In this document: one piece after another, positions 13,413-25,883 of the stretch
Layout of the letters: every line of letters starts with the position of its first letter
Numbering within the stretch: the stretch's first letter is position 1
NCBI RefSeq assembly: GCF_009834535.1
Contig: NC_045707.1
Coordinates: 55,740,001 to 55,804,000, forward strand
Direction: 5' to 3'
From: Camelus ferus
Lineage: Eukaryota
Length of the DNA: 64,000 nucleotides
The notes under the pieces: generated by a model
The model's database searches: none
The model's input: the letters and a program-made list of their open reading frames with translations, nothing else
What the model was told of the DNA's origin: nothing
Program-made: the position numbers and the translations under genes

Positions 13413-13845
13413 AAGTCCACAAACAATAAGTGCTGGAGAGGGTATGGAGAAAAGGGAACCTCCTACATTATCGGGTGGGAATGTAATTTGATGCAGCCAT
13501 GCAGTATGGAGATTCCTTAAAAAACTACAAATAGACTTTCCCTATGATCTAGCAATCCTACTCTTGGGCAAATATCAGAGGAAATTGTAATTCAAAAAGA
13601 CACATGCACCCCAATGTTCATAGCAGCACTATTTACAATAGCCAAGACACAGAAGCAACCTAATGTCCATCAGCAGATGACTGGATAAAGAAGATGTGGT
13701 ATATTTATACAATGAAATACTACTCAGCCATAAAAAGAATAAAATAATGCCATTTGCTGTAACATGGATGGACCTGGAGATTGTCATACTAAGGGAATAA
13801 GTCAGAAAGAGAAAGAAAAATACCATATGTGGAACCTAAAAAATC
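13413..13845 (+). mobile_element. Lineage-specific L1 fragment (ORF2 C-terminus) with no 3'UTR
   Basis: Highly similar to 39540-39980 in this window. Confidence 0.9.
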
Positions 13846-15389
13846 ATAATAATTAACTCATGGTTCTTTGAACACTGAACAAATTTACAGATGTAAAAAA
13901 TTTAGAGCAGTACCTGACACCTAAGTGCTTGATAACTGTCAGCTGTTGTGACTTATTGTTAGTTATTATTATCAACAAAAATGAGAGACTCGTCCTATTA
14001 TCACTTGAATTATCACTCAAATCTCCAAAGTGTGTTTCTCAGAACTCTCCTTCCAGAGGATAGTAACAGGGATTACATGAAAAAACAAACAAAAAAAACC
14101 AAAAAAAAAAAACCAAAAAAACCTCATAATAAAAAGAGATCTATAGATAATTATGTCAAGAAAACATCAGTTAAGCAAAGTTAAACAGATTTTTTTAGCA
14201 GAAATGTTACGTCTTTCTTATGTGAAACATATCTGATAAAGACAGGAAGCAAAGAATGCTGCATTTTTCTTATAATTAGTAAACTGAAAGTTGACCCAGG
14301 CTGCCTTTGGTTGACTAGGTGAGATAAACTGGCTTGAAATTGTGAAATTAGGGAGAAAGAGCCCTGTTTCTTAGTTTATATCTAAAAATCAGACATTACA
14401 ATCAAGCTACAAAAAAAAAAAAAAAAAACCAGATTACCTTCATTTTTCCCCCTTATCAGAATTCAGTACTAAAATTCTACGTTTGTGAGAGTCTGAGAAA
14501 CTACTGTTTAAATCCGAAGAACCTAATCTATCTTTGCTTTATCCTTAAGATCCTAATTTAATAGAAAATTAATATGTGGCTGTATCAAATGATCACCTCA
14601 CTTTGAATATGAAAATTTATTTAATGAAACCACCACAGAATGGAATCTTGACCTTCCTGCATGTGAAAACCCATATATCTCAGTCAGTGATTTGAGTATA
14701 TAAGATATTTCAATGAAAATTCTACTGTTTTCAAGAAAAATTTACTTTGTATCTGAACAGGCGTATTGTTGTTTACTGATGGTTTTTAACAATTGCCAGG
14801 TGGCCACAAGCTAGTTCAAAAATTTTTACACATACATATAAATATTTCACTTGCTCTGAAATTTCTTAAAAAAATAAAAAATAAAACCTGCCACAAGTTG
14901 GCCTTTATTTCACCCCATACTTTTAGAGCTAGAAAGAACCTTAGCCATCATCTAATCCAACTCTCTCTCTCATAATTGATGAAGACAGAAAATTGCATAA
15001 CTTGTTTGGCCTAGAATGCGGATTCCCAGATGTCAGTCCCATTTTCCACATCGGTAATTTAGACTAATATGTCTTTTTTTTTTTTTTTCCAGTCCCCTGC
15101 TATCCACTACTGTGCTTAAGTTATTAAAGAAAGGGAAATAATGGGTGTTTGCTGAAACTTATAAAAGTTTGCAACTTATACATCACTATAAGCTCAGGGT
15201 CTTGTCCTCAGTTTTCAGGTTTAAACAGTCAGGGTTTTTGGACCACACAGGGGTCAACTAATCCACGAGAAAGTCCTTTTTCTCCTAATAAAAACCCTAA
15301 CCCTTCCCTCAATAGCAATACCCACCCCCACGTCCCTCTTTGTCCTTTTCCCCCTACTTGATTTTTTTTCAGAGCATTTATCATGTATA

Positions 15390-16870
15390 AAATTTATTAT
15401 TCAGAAGGCTATTTTGAGCATTTTTATGAATGTCTCTTGGTGTACATGTTCACAAGGTTCTCTAGTTAAGAAGCCTTAATATAAAGTATCATAATTATTG
15501 TTTTGTACAACATTTGTTTAGATTTCCTCACATGCTTTATCATGTTCTTCTTTCTCCAATCCTCTTTGCATATCAATGTTCCTTCCCAGGTTAGCTTCCT
15601 TATTCTTCAAATGCGTTCTATAGACATCCCTTTAGTGAGGATCTCTTATCAACAAAGCTTCTCACTCTGAAAACATCTATATTTCATCTTCCTTCTTCAA
15701 AATATATTCACTGGGAATAGAATTCCAGAATGAAAATTTTCTCTTAACATCTGCATGGCTTTCTCGATTCTAATATTGAGAAATTCTTTGTTGTTATTGA
15801 GAAATTACCTGTCAGTCTAATTGAAGTTCCCTCATAAGTAATCTCTCTCCCTATTTTTAAGATCTGTTCTTGGTCTCTGGCAGTCTGTATTTTCACTGTG
15901 TTAGTTCCAGGTACAGATTTCTTTTTTTTTTTTTTTTTTATCCTACTTGAGATTTGAGGGGGCAGGGTAGTGCTTCTTGAATCTAAGATCAGATATCTTT
16001 CATCAATTTGGCAAATTTTTAGCCATTTATCTTTTTAATTACAGCTCCTCTCATTGCTTCTTTTATCGTCTCCTAAAACTTCAATTAGTTTTACGGTGGA
16101 ACATCTCTCTTCATTAAATTTTTCGGTTGCATCTTCTCAAATTTCTTCAGCTCCATCTCCTGTTTACCATGTCTTCCAGCTTTGTCTAATCAGTGTTTAT
16201 TACAGCTCCACGTTTTATTTCTAATACAAATAAGTTTTTTTTTTTAATTCTGAAAGTTCTAGTTGGTTCTTTTTCCAATCAGACTTGTCAAACAGGACTA
16301 TCAGAATTGATCATTTAAATAATGTTTCTTTCCTTCCTAAGCAATAACCATGTAAATTATGTAAACATGTAAACTATATAAATTTTTTAAATTCAGTAAT
16401 AATTCAGAAAAAGATTATATTTAACAGTAAATATAAGTCTTTCCTTCCTTATAACTTCAAGGTACAATTTCAATGTATAATTTCAATGTAGCTCTGTTTT
16501 TCAGGTAGTAAATACTTCAAATTCTATGTGTGCTCTTTTCCCATATTGGCAGGTTTGGTAGTCTGATTCCATAGTTTGTTCCTAATGACTCTTATTGATG
16601 GTGTTTGTTTCCTTGTCTGTTTAGTGATTTTTGATGGTGATTTTCATATTCTCTGGAAATTTATCTGTAGAAATTCTTTAAAGAACATCCCTTCAGAGAG
16701 TATTTGCTTTTTTTCCACCAGTTTCCTTTACCCACAAGGTAAGACAGGCAAATACCCCTTATGACTACCTGAAAAATATTTAATTTCTCCACTGTGGGTG
16801 TCACTCTGAATTTCCTGTCTTTTTACAAGGTTGTCTGTGCCAAGTATCTGTCCTCTTTGCTCTAGGGTTT
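15390..16870 (-). mobile_element. Ancient L1/HAL1 fragments, antisense
   Basis: T-rich strand with reverse ORF1-like motifs (gcttcttgaatctaagatcagatatctttcatcaatttggcaaattttt). Confidence 0.6.
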
Positions 16871-16919
16871 TTCTCTTGAACTTTGAATAAGTGGTCTTGT
16901 AAATCTAGGCTCTACAGGT

Positions 16920-17455
16920 TCCAGAACATGGGGAAACTCTACAAGATTAACCATCTGGTTTTTCCAACAAATAAATTGCAAGCAAAAGAGACTGAGATAA
17001 TCCTTGTGGATTATAAAAGATTTATCAATTCAGTCACTGGCAATTTAAATCTTATTTGGGTTCTGATTTAAGTGGAAAAGAATTTAAAAAAGACAGACAA
17101 ACAAAAAAGCCAAACCACTGGGGAAATTTGAACACTGACTATACATTTGTCGATACTGAGGAATTACGTTCATTTTTCAGGTGTGATAGTGGTAGTATGA
17201 CTAAGTTGAAATAAAGAATGCTTATCTTTTAGAATAAAAAACTAAGACATTTACAGATCAAATAATATAATGTCTTGGATTTGCTTGCAAACAATCCCAT
17301 GTAGGGAGGGGCATAGTGGACAGAGATATAAATGAAATCAAATGAGTCATGGGTTGGTAGTTGTTCAGCCTGGATGATGGTTTCACAGGGTTCATTAGAC
17401 ATTTATCTCAACTTTTGTATATGTTTGAATTTTTATTTAAAAGAAAAAAGAAAAA
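16920..17455 (+). mobile_element. L1ME-type 3'UTR
   Basis: ggggaaatttgaacactgact...ggtgtgatagtggtagtatg...gatgatggtttcacagggttcatt, then an A-tail. Confidence 0.75.
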
Positions 17456-17639
17456 AAGGCCCCTGAAGAATTTCTTGACTTTCAAACCAGATCATCCATA
17501 TGTTTAACAAAAATTTCTTATGTTGAATCCAGCACTTCAAAGTATGCTTTCCTGGGCAGCATCTCACTCATTAGCTGATCTGCCTTATTTCAGGAAAGAA
17601 CTGTCTCAAAATACTTCTTGAAGGTGACCCTCTTCAGTT

Positions 17640-18435
17640 GCTCAACTAGAATCTTGACTCTCTCACCTGCTTCCTTCCATCAATAACTGTTTCCTGCAAA
17701 TTCTACTTTCTAAATTTTTCACTTGTCTGTGCCCTTGAATCTCTCCATCTGCTCTGTCACTAGTCTGATCCACTGTCTTCTCACTTCTTTCACCCTGCAA
17801 GTCAGACTAATCTTATCTCATTCAGTCTTGTCTACTTTAATCCGTACTTTATATAGCAGCTCAATTCATCTTTTGATCCATGCAAGTTATATCGTATCAG
17901 TCCCCTGCTTGAACTCTATTATGCTTTATTGTGACCTGATTATAAATTCTAAAATCCTTAAACAACCCCTGAAGCTCTGCACAAACTCACCTCTAGCCAA
18001 AAACTCCAGTTTCACACTGGGCTACTTGCCCTATGTTTATTCTTTACGATCCAGTCAAATGAGCCTTGGTTTCATTCTGTGCTAAGCTCCTCCAGGGCTC
18101 CGAGCCCATGTGTATACTTTCTTCTGCCTGGAACTTCTTTCCTTTTCCCACAGCAACAAGCCACCACCTTACTCTTTTGGTCACAGCTTAATATCACTTC
18201 CTTAAAGGAAGATTTCCAAACACTACACTCTCACATGGGCAGTCCTGTATACATTTCTGCAGCCCTGGAGCCTTGTCTCAAGTAAAATTGCTTGATCAAT
18301 ATTTATCTTCCTCACTAGCCTGTAAGAATCAAGAAGGCAGGAACCACATTTTCTTGTTAACTATTCCATCTCTAGTGGCTAGGAAAATGATGACGTATAA
18401 CACATGCTCAACGAAGGTTTAGAATGAATAAACGT
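17640..18435 (+). mobile_element. L2 3' fragment
   Basis: C/T-rich L2 body ending actagcctgtaag...gaaggcaggaacc...gctcaacgaaggtttagaatgaataaa. Confidence 0.65.
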
Positions 18436-20198
18436 CAAGCATTATGTTACTTGCTACAAATAGAATGATGACCAATGTAAACACAGTCCCTACTTTCAGG
18501 GGGCTTACAGTGGAGAAGATGAATAATAAAATAGGAAGTTAATCTACAATAAATGTGGCAAGCTATATGATAAAGAGAATATAGTGTGCAATGCTTTTTT
18601 TTTTCTTTTACTTTGTCATTTTTTCCCTGGGGCCAGTGAGGCAAGTGGTTCGCAGTTTGCATCATTCTATGAATTCACGGTTATGACTATTGTTACCACT
18701 GACCCCCAAATGTTTTAAGTGAACACTATTAAATCATTTGTTGCCCTTCCTATTTGAGATTGCTCTCACCTCCACACTCCATGCCAGGTTTTATATATAA
18801 CATGCCAGCCATGCAACAGACTTACAATTAACCTGTGTCTCCATTGGTGACATCCAGGCAGTAACATTACTGACAGGGATATTACAGAGGCCAGTTATAG
18901 GAACTAAGATAAACCTGGGGTTGGTTTCTACATGGAAGATTAACATTCATTCAGTTTCTACTATCATTTTTATATTTTCAATTTGATTGAAAACTTGCTC
19001 ACCTCACCACAACAGACACATATTAGGGGCCTGACACTTCTGGATACATGGACTGAAACACTATTGGTATCACATTATAAATACCTCCCAAGGCCAAGTG
19101 AATCGGAGTCAACGCTCTTCTGTTATTAAGCACTCCATCAATGAATAGTATACTGCCGGCAGAATTTGGCAAGTGCTTAATCCTACACTGTTGGCACAAT
19201 ACTTTGGCTGTGTTCCAGTACTGTGTTCCTCTGGCGAGCTTAAAATCAGTAATAGGAGGGTTAATTCTGGCATCTTCTCAGCCCTTAAACTCAAGGTGTC
19301 TGCTCTGTAATAAGAAAAGTCACCTTTGTCTATTTACTTATTTACCTTTCAGGAAACAATGCTCGAGTGTGTGTGTTTTATCTGTATAGTGTCTATAAAA
19401 TTTACAGCCATCTTTGCACATGAACAACAGTTTCTTGTAGAGAGATTCAATTTTTTTTTTTCTTGTTTGTTTCTACAGAAAATCTGTTCCCCAGGCTCAG
19501 GACTTTTTTCTTTTTCCTTCCTTCAGGACATTGTTTAGAATACCGAGGATGTTAGCCACGGTAAGAGGATTCCAACAAGGACTTGTTATAAGCAAATGCA
19601 TGTAATTTGGTTGAGTATGAGGTTGTGGGTGTGGATTTTGTCCTTGACACAATGTCTCTGCTAAATTACTGACAGTAATTTGCGGCTGTTCTGACTGTTC
19701 AGGAATCTCAAGCCCTGATACATATTATACTCTTCTTTTTGATGTCTGGAAGACCCACAGGAGACACAATATATACTTTCTAACTTATTCTTTCCCTTTC
19801 AGACTCATTTCTTGTCTCAAGTCATCTCTGTTATTTCCTTACTCATCTCTCTGTTTCTTATTCTCTACCTTAACTGAACTCCCTTTCGCAAAAGGAAAGA
19901 CATTTATTTTCCCCTTTATGTATTTGGCTTCTGATTCCACAAAGGGCAAGCACTACGAGACACTGTTTTCCAAGAATAACCTGAGGATGATTCCGTGGCT
20001 AAACTGATTTGAACCAGGAGCTCCATTCTTCTTGTTTTCTACGTGAGTCCCAATGGAGAGTCTTCTTTCCTCTAGAAATCTCATGTATTTTCCTGACATT
20101 TTTCTTGAACTTCTTTGGTGTTAAAATGAAGATGCCTAATAATAATATAAGTAATAATGACAATTCATCTTTCATCTCTAATTTTAACATGAAGTATC

Positions 20199-20276
20199 CT
20201 TTAAAAATTTTTTTAATTGAAGTACAGTCAATTACAACGTATCAATGTCTGGTGTACAGCACAACGTCCCCGTCAT
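20199..20276 (-). mobile_element. ~78-bp L1 3' terminus with TSD
   Basis: ttttttaattgaagtacagtcaattacaa matches the L1 tail at 43115. TSD taacatgaagtatc (20185-20198) / tagcatgaagtatc (20277-20290). Confidence 0.85.
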
Positions 20277-20440
20277 TAGCATGAAGTATCTGACTTAAGG
20301 AAGTACATGGGCATAGATTTTTTGAAATGTGAAAGACAATTTATATCTTCCTTTGCTTTAATGTTAGGAGTAACTGGCCTTTTGAAAACATTTACAGAGC
20401 ACTTTCCTAACTTGAGAATTAGTTTTCATATGATCTGCTA

Positions 20441-20610
20441 GACCAACGTTTATCAAACCTTAACATACCAATGAATCACCTGGGGGTCTTGTTACAGTAC
20501 AGATTCTGACTCAGTAGGTCTGAGGAGGGCCTGAGATTCTGGATTTTTAACAAGCTTCTAGGGGATGCTGATGCGGTAGTACGCACCGTTCTTTCAATGC
20601 AAGTGCTACA
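20441..20610. mobile_element. MER5A hAT MITE
   Basis: gaatcacctgggggtcttgtta...cagattctgactcagtaggtctgaggagggcctgagattctg. Confidence 0.85.
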
Positions 20611-22099
20611 GCAATCGCAACAAAGGAGAGAAGACCTTGACTTCGCTGCTCATCACTACACCTGTTTTATCTACTGTCGTGTCTATTACATGCTTGGTTT
20701 TCAGTAAATATTTATTAAGAGAAAAATGAACACCCTGAATAGTTCACATGGCACTGAGAGTCATGGCAGACATTATGTTCCAAAAAGAAAGACGTTTTTC
20801 CATTTTACAGACATTCCAAAAAGTAAAGTGTCTTGCCTGTAGGTTACACAGTAGCAGAACCACAGCTAGCCTGCTTGTCTAGTTGCTGTTAACGAAGGAT
20901 AGAAACCACTCCACTTTCCAGTGCCTGCTCACTTATTTTGCCTTTGAAGATGCCAGAGGTTTCCAGTGATTCTGGTGTACATAACTCTGCATTTGACTTC
21001 TATGAGTTACAGATGAAGCTGTCTAGGAGGCAGCAAATTTATCTTTGAAGTGATTATATAGCCACTCATGTGGTCGTGTATAAAAGCTCTTGTAAAACTG
21101 CATGGATTTTCCCAGAGACCATTTGTGCCTGTTTCTCTTTGAATGGTAAAATTTGGGAATATCGTTTAGGAGGGAGGAAGATTTAAGATTCCAATTAAAA
21201 AAAAAAAAAAGGATTATTTAACATCACCATAACCCTCCTCCTAAAAAATTTCACAAAGTACAAAAATTCGAGGATATAATCACCGTGTTAAATTTGGAAT
21301 TGCAAAAACAATGTGATCAGGAGGGAACATGAAGCCCTCCCGTCAAGACTGTGATTTAGGGGCTACTATTAGTAGCTTCTGAAGTCGTGGGAGTAAATCA
21401 TTTTCAAATGTTGGAAGCCAATTAACTGTAATGAAATATAGTTGAATAACAATTAGTAATTCTACTTCAAAGTATAGTGATGGATGGAAAATAAACTTTC
21501 CAAAGAAGCACATTCATTGTGCAGTTCTTTAAAAAACCACTTTAATTGTCAGGTCTCTTTTGATTCAAGGTGTTCAAAACCACATTTTAGCAGGAATTGT
21601 GACAGCTGGGAAAAACCACCTGCTAAGTTACTACCTTTTAATTACCCAAAGAAGAACAAAGTAGAAAGCATGACAAACTTAAATAGAAGAAATGAATTTA
21701 AAGTTAAGAAAGATATTATTCATGCACTCTGAGGTTAACTTAGCTCTCCCACAGATGAGAGAAGAAAACCATGTCTCTTACTTACAACTCTTCCTGACTC
21801 CTTTCCCTGAACTCTCTCTAAGAAGATGACACCTTAGGGAAACTCCTTTGCCCTGCTGAATAGAGCAGCAGATAAAATAATTTTGGAGGATGCAGGGGAG
21901 GCAGGAGGCAGGAAGAGAAATAAACCATTGCTAAATTGTTCCAATAAGAAAAGGAAGTATGACTTATGAGAGGAAGGGTGGGGCAGACTGAAGACTGGAG
22001 TTGTGGAAACAGATGTGACAGCCGCCAAAGACGGAGAGCAGAGGTAATTAAAATGGACTTTTAAGGAAGTTTTATATGGTGATAGGTTTTGTAAGGTCC

Positions 22100-22135
22100 A
22101 TCGATTCTCGGCCTTTTGGCTAAGATCAAGTGTAG
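22100..22135 (+). pseudogene. RNU2: 3'-truncated U2 snRNA retropseudogene (U2 nt 1-36)
   Basis: ATCGATTCTCGGCCTTTTGGCTAAGATCAAGTGTAG matches the U2 5' end at 35/36 positions. Flanked by direct repeats taggttttgtaaggtcc (22083-22099) / taggttttgtaagatcc (22133-22149). Confidence 0.93.
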
Positions 22136-22163
22136 GTTTTGTAAGATCCATAGCCATCCAGTC

Positions 22164-22369
22164 TAGGGTTTCTCAGCCTGAGCATCAAGACATTTGGGGC
22201 TGGATAGCTCCTCATTTGGGAAACATTCTTATGCATTCTGTTAAGTTTCAGAGCATGTGCTACCCACTAGAGACAACAGCACTCTTCCCCTACTTTGACA
22301 CCCAAAAATGTCTCTAGACATGGCTAAATGTCTCCTGGGGGCAAAATCACCCGCACTTGTGAACCACTG
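22164..22369. mobile_element. MER20 hAT MITE
   Basis: gacatttggggctggata ... caaaaatgtctctagacatggctaaatgtctcctgggggcaaaatcacc...gaaccactg. Degenerate 8-bp TSD atccagtc/atctaatc. Confidence 0.88.
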
Positions 22370-23002
22370 ATCTAATCTCAAATCTTCTGATAAAGGTCTA
22401 CATTATTTATCCCCGCCTGAACGGTTTAGTAGGTGTACATGTGTAACATTTTAATTTATTTTAGTGTTCTCATTTGTTTGCTTTCCTCAATGTGCAGATG
22501 GGTCTCAGTGCAGCCACGGGAAAAGCAGTGGTTTCCAAGTGGGTCCAATTACATTCAGATGAACCCTTGAGGCTTTCTGTCTAGAATATTTTGCCCTAAA
22601 ATGCAAGTACAGCTATAACTCAGCTTGAATTATCAACTTAGAATCAAGGCAAAAGGGCATTGCCATAATGACAGTGAAGGGCAAGTCAGTGGAGATCAAG
22701 CCAACAAGAGGTGTGATGACATCCAGTTTAGAGTAAGAGTGTAGAAACCCCCCCTCCTCCATCACTCTTTCAGTTTTTGACAGCTGAGAGAGTTAAGGAA
22801 GTATTCAAGAATGGCCATTTCCACTGAAAAGGCTGGTGGACACAATGCTATAAAATTTTATTCTAATAAAATAATCCAAGGGAATCCATGTGAAATTCTA
22901 GACTGAAAATGGCCATTTAACCCAAACTCTCCATACATGATATGTCTTAATAAGTCATATTTTCCCAAGGAAAAGAAAATCAAAGAAAGGTCAGGGATGA
23001 AC

Positions 23003-23227
23003 AGATGTGTGCTGGCAAATGTTTTACCAAAAGCTATTGGGGAAAAAAAAAAAAAGCATTCACTTGGAACATAAATTTGCCCATGTCTATGGTGTAAATA
23101 CTCCCACCACGGTCAGTTTTAACATTGATACTGTCATTAACATGATGTCACTGAACAGAGGGATAGAAATAATTGCACACAATTGGCTCTCTTGAACCCA
23201 CGAGTGCAGGCTCTAACACACTACTAG
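23003..23227. mobile_element. MER63-like hAT MITE
   Basis: gtgtgctggcaaatgttt ... ggtgtaaatactcccaccacgg ... gatgtcactgaacagag ... ggctctaacacactact. Confidence 0.75.
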
Positions 23228-23701
23228 GTGTGAGGCAGAAACGTTTGCGCTGGTTCAGAGCCTTGGTCTGCTTCACCTGCTCAAAATGATCCCTTGGAAA
23301 GAGAAATGCTTGTAGGCTCTGGGGTATATTATAAAGTAGGTTTTAAAAACACTGATTCACCAGCCTCTGTGCCATTTCAAAATCCTTCCCTTTGGTACCT
23401 CTTCTCTCATTTTATAGAATAATTTAGTCACCTTTATCACTGAAATCTCTTGAGATGTTATTATCTGGCACAGACTGATGAGAAACACTGGCACTCAGGT
23501 AAAAACTTATTTTCGGTATGTAACATGTTTACATTTGGTATGTCATATGGCTAAAGCACTGAAATCTGAAAATACACACATATGTGGGATGTTGCCTTCC
23601 AAGTCGTGATTAGAACATGCCTCTGAGTACTGTATTGTACATGAAGCCTCACAAGTACACAAGTAACAGAGATGACCTAGGAGTCTATAGGATTCCAGTA
23701 C

Positions 23702-24460
23702 TGTAATGATATGAGAACTCAATGCCCCAAAGCTCTCTGTCTATAGAAGAACATTGCATTTCATTCAGAAGAGCTTAAGAAAAGATGGAGAGATGTGTGG
23801 GTTCTTATACTTGTAAGTATATGTAAACAGTAGAGAGAGATTTGCCTGGAATATTTATACAGAGTCAAAAGATTCTGGTAGCAAGGTCTGGAAGGTTATG
23901 GGGAGTGCAGTTTAAAGGACTGGAAACGCCTGCAACAAGGTAGCCAACGATGTATCAGCACGTGGGCACAAGGGACTGAAAAAGCTTAGGATTCCCAGAG
24001 CTGGTACGCTTTTACAGATTATTGCAACCAAGTTAGAAAGAACAGGGGGGAAAGCAGAAGGTGTTTACCCTGGAAGAATAAATAAGAAAATCATGTGAAG
24101 CCCCGAGCTGGTGTAGGTCTGCCTTGGAGAACTTGGAGACCCGAGGTTGGCTTCTTGACCACTAAGGCCCCCAGGAAGGAGGCTCAATTTCCAACTCCAG
24201 TCCAAAGGCTCCTGAGAGCCAGGCTGGGCCCTCAAATCTGCATCAAACGTGGTGACATATGATGTAAGCAAGGTCACCATGATCACACGGGCGCTGTTTG
24301 CTTAGAACTAGACCACGAGGCTGGCAGGAAAACTTTAAGATCACTCCACTCCTGGGAGATGGAGATCCTCCCAGATGTCACTGTCAGAAAGTAGCTCTGA
24401 ACATCTGATCCCTTTTGAAGACATAGGTGGCACTAGGAGCTAGAGTGGACAGTTATTACA
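23702..24460. mobile_element. Possible old solo LTR, family unassigned
   Basis: Block with higher GC than its flanks, bounded by TGTAATGA...TTATTACA inverted termini. No TSD found. Confidence 0.35.
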
Positions 24461-25846
24461 CTCAGACCCGCTGAAGTTCTATCAGTGGACTTTCCTGAGT
24501 CCCAGGGTTGATCTGTGCCACAGAACAACATCCCAGGAGGTTTCAGTGATAACGTGGGGAGAGGCTGTCAGAGTAAATAGTGCAACTCAGTGTAAAAAAG
24601 ATCAGGAAGTTGGGATTTTTTTGTTGCTGTTGTTTTGTTTTGTTTACTAAGAAGAATATGATGGAAAATATTTTGCTATATATCAAAAGTAAGAAATACA
24701 TATTATAGCAACCTAGTAAACACACACACACAATTGTAGCAAAAGTCTTACAAAACAAAACGTACTTATTTCTGATCTACTATATTTCAATCAAAAACCA
24801 CTGATCTTACCCTGTACACCGATTTCAGGATTCATTAATGGATAAATATCTATATTTTGGAAATGATGTTTTATAAAACTTCCTGTTTCAAGGTGAGCTG
24901 ATCCTAAGGCTAAATTTTTCTACATAATAAAAGATCAGAGACACACAAAGAGGGGAAAGATTTTTAGAGGTCAAGGAGTTTGGTGGATCAATGCAAAAAA
25001 TGGTGACAAAAAAAGCAGGAAAAACTGATTAGAGAGAGAGGAGAGGGGGTGGATGATGTAACATTGACAGGATTAAGAGGCACTTTGAGAAAAGAACACA
25101 TATGATTACAATGGATTTAAAGAAAGACAAAAAAAAAAAAAATGGTTTCAGCACAAACTAGTTATGTGGCCTTGGCCATAATACCTGAGCTCTCCAGAGC
25201 TTGGGTTTTAAAGGATGAATAATAATAATATCTACTAAAAGGGAGTTATAAGAAAATATGCCTGAAGTATTCATAGTAAATTTAGCTATTATTAAAAGTT
25301 GTTGAATTTTTTAATGCTATTTTAACACATCTCAAAGCGCATAAAAGTATCTCTATCAAGAGGTCCAGCTGTTTTACCCGATGGGGAAAAAAACGCAAAG
25401 ATACACATCACAAGAAATTGGTCACAGTGTGGTTCGCATTAACATAGAGTAGAAATAATTCAGGTATTAAAAAACAGGATCACAGTAAGTAAATTAAGAT
25501 ACAACTATAGATAGAATATTTTATAGTTATTAAAAAGTGCTGTGATAATTTTTATGGCACATTAAGTACAAACAACAAAACTTTATATTATGGTATGACC
25601 TTAACAAACTAAATACACCTAGAAAAAGACTAAAAGGAAATAGAGTGTGCCAAGATTATTAATAGTTGTTGTCTTTCCCTAAAAGCATAATGAGTGGAAT
25701 ATTTTTCCTATTTTTATGTCTTCCTACTCTCCAATATCTGTACAATGAATATAAATTCCTATAATGTTAAAACATTTTTTAAAAATTCTGTTACTTTCTT
25801 TTTCTGGTCTTTATATAAAAAGATACAGATATGCATACAGACATAG

Positions 25847-25883
25847 GTCTGTCTGTCTGTCTGTCCATCTATCTATCTATCTA
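25847..25883. repeat. (TCTG)n(TCTA)n compound microsatellite
   Basis: gtctgtctgtctgtctgtccatctatctatctatcta. Confidence 0.9.

Noticed and set aside
22100..22135. Functional U2 snRNA gene
   Set aside because: Only the first 36 nt are present. There is no Sm site or 3' stem-loops, and it is flanked by a TSD.
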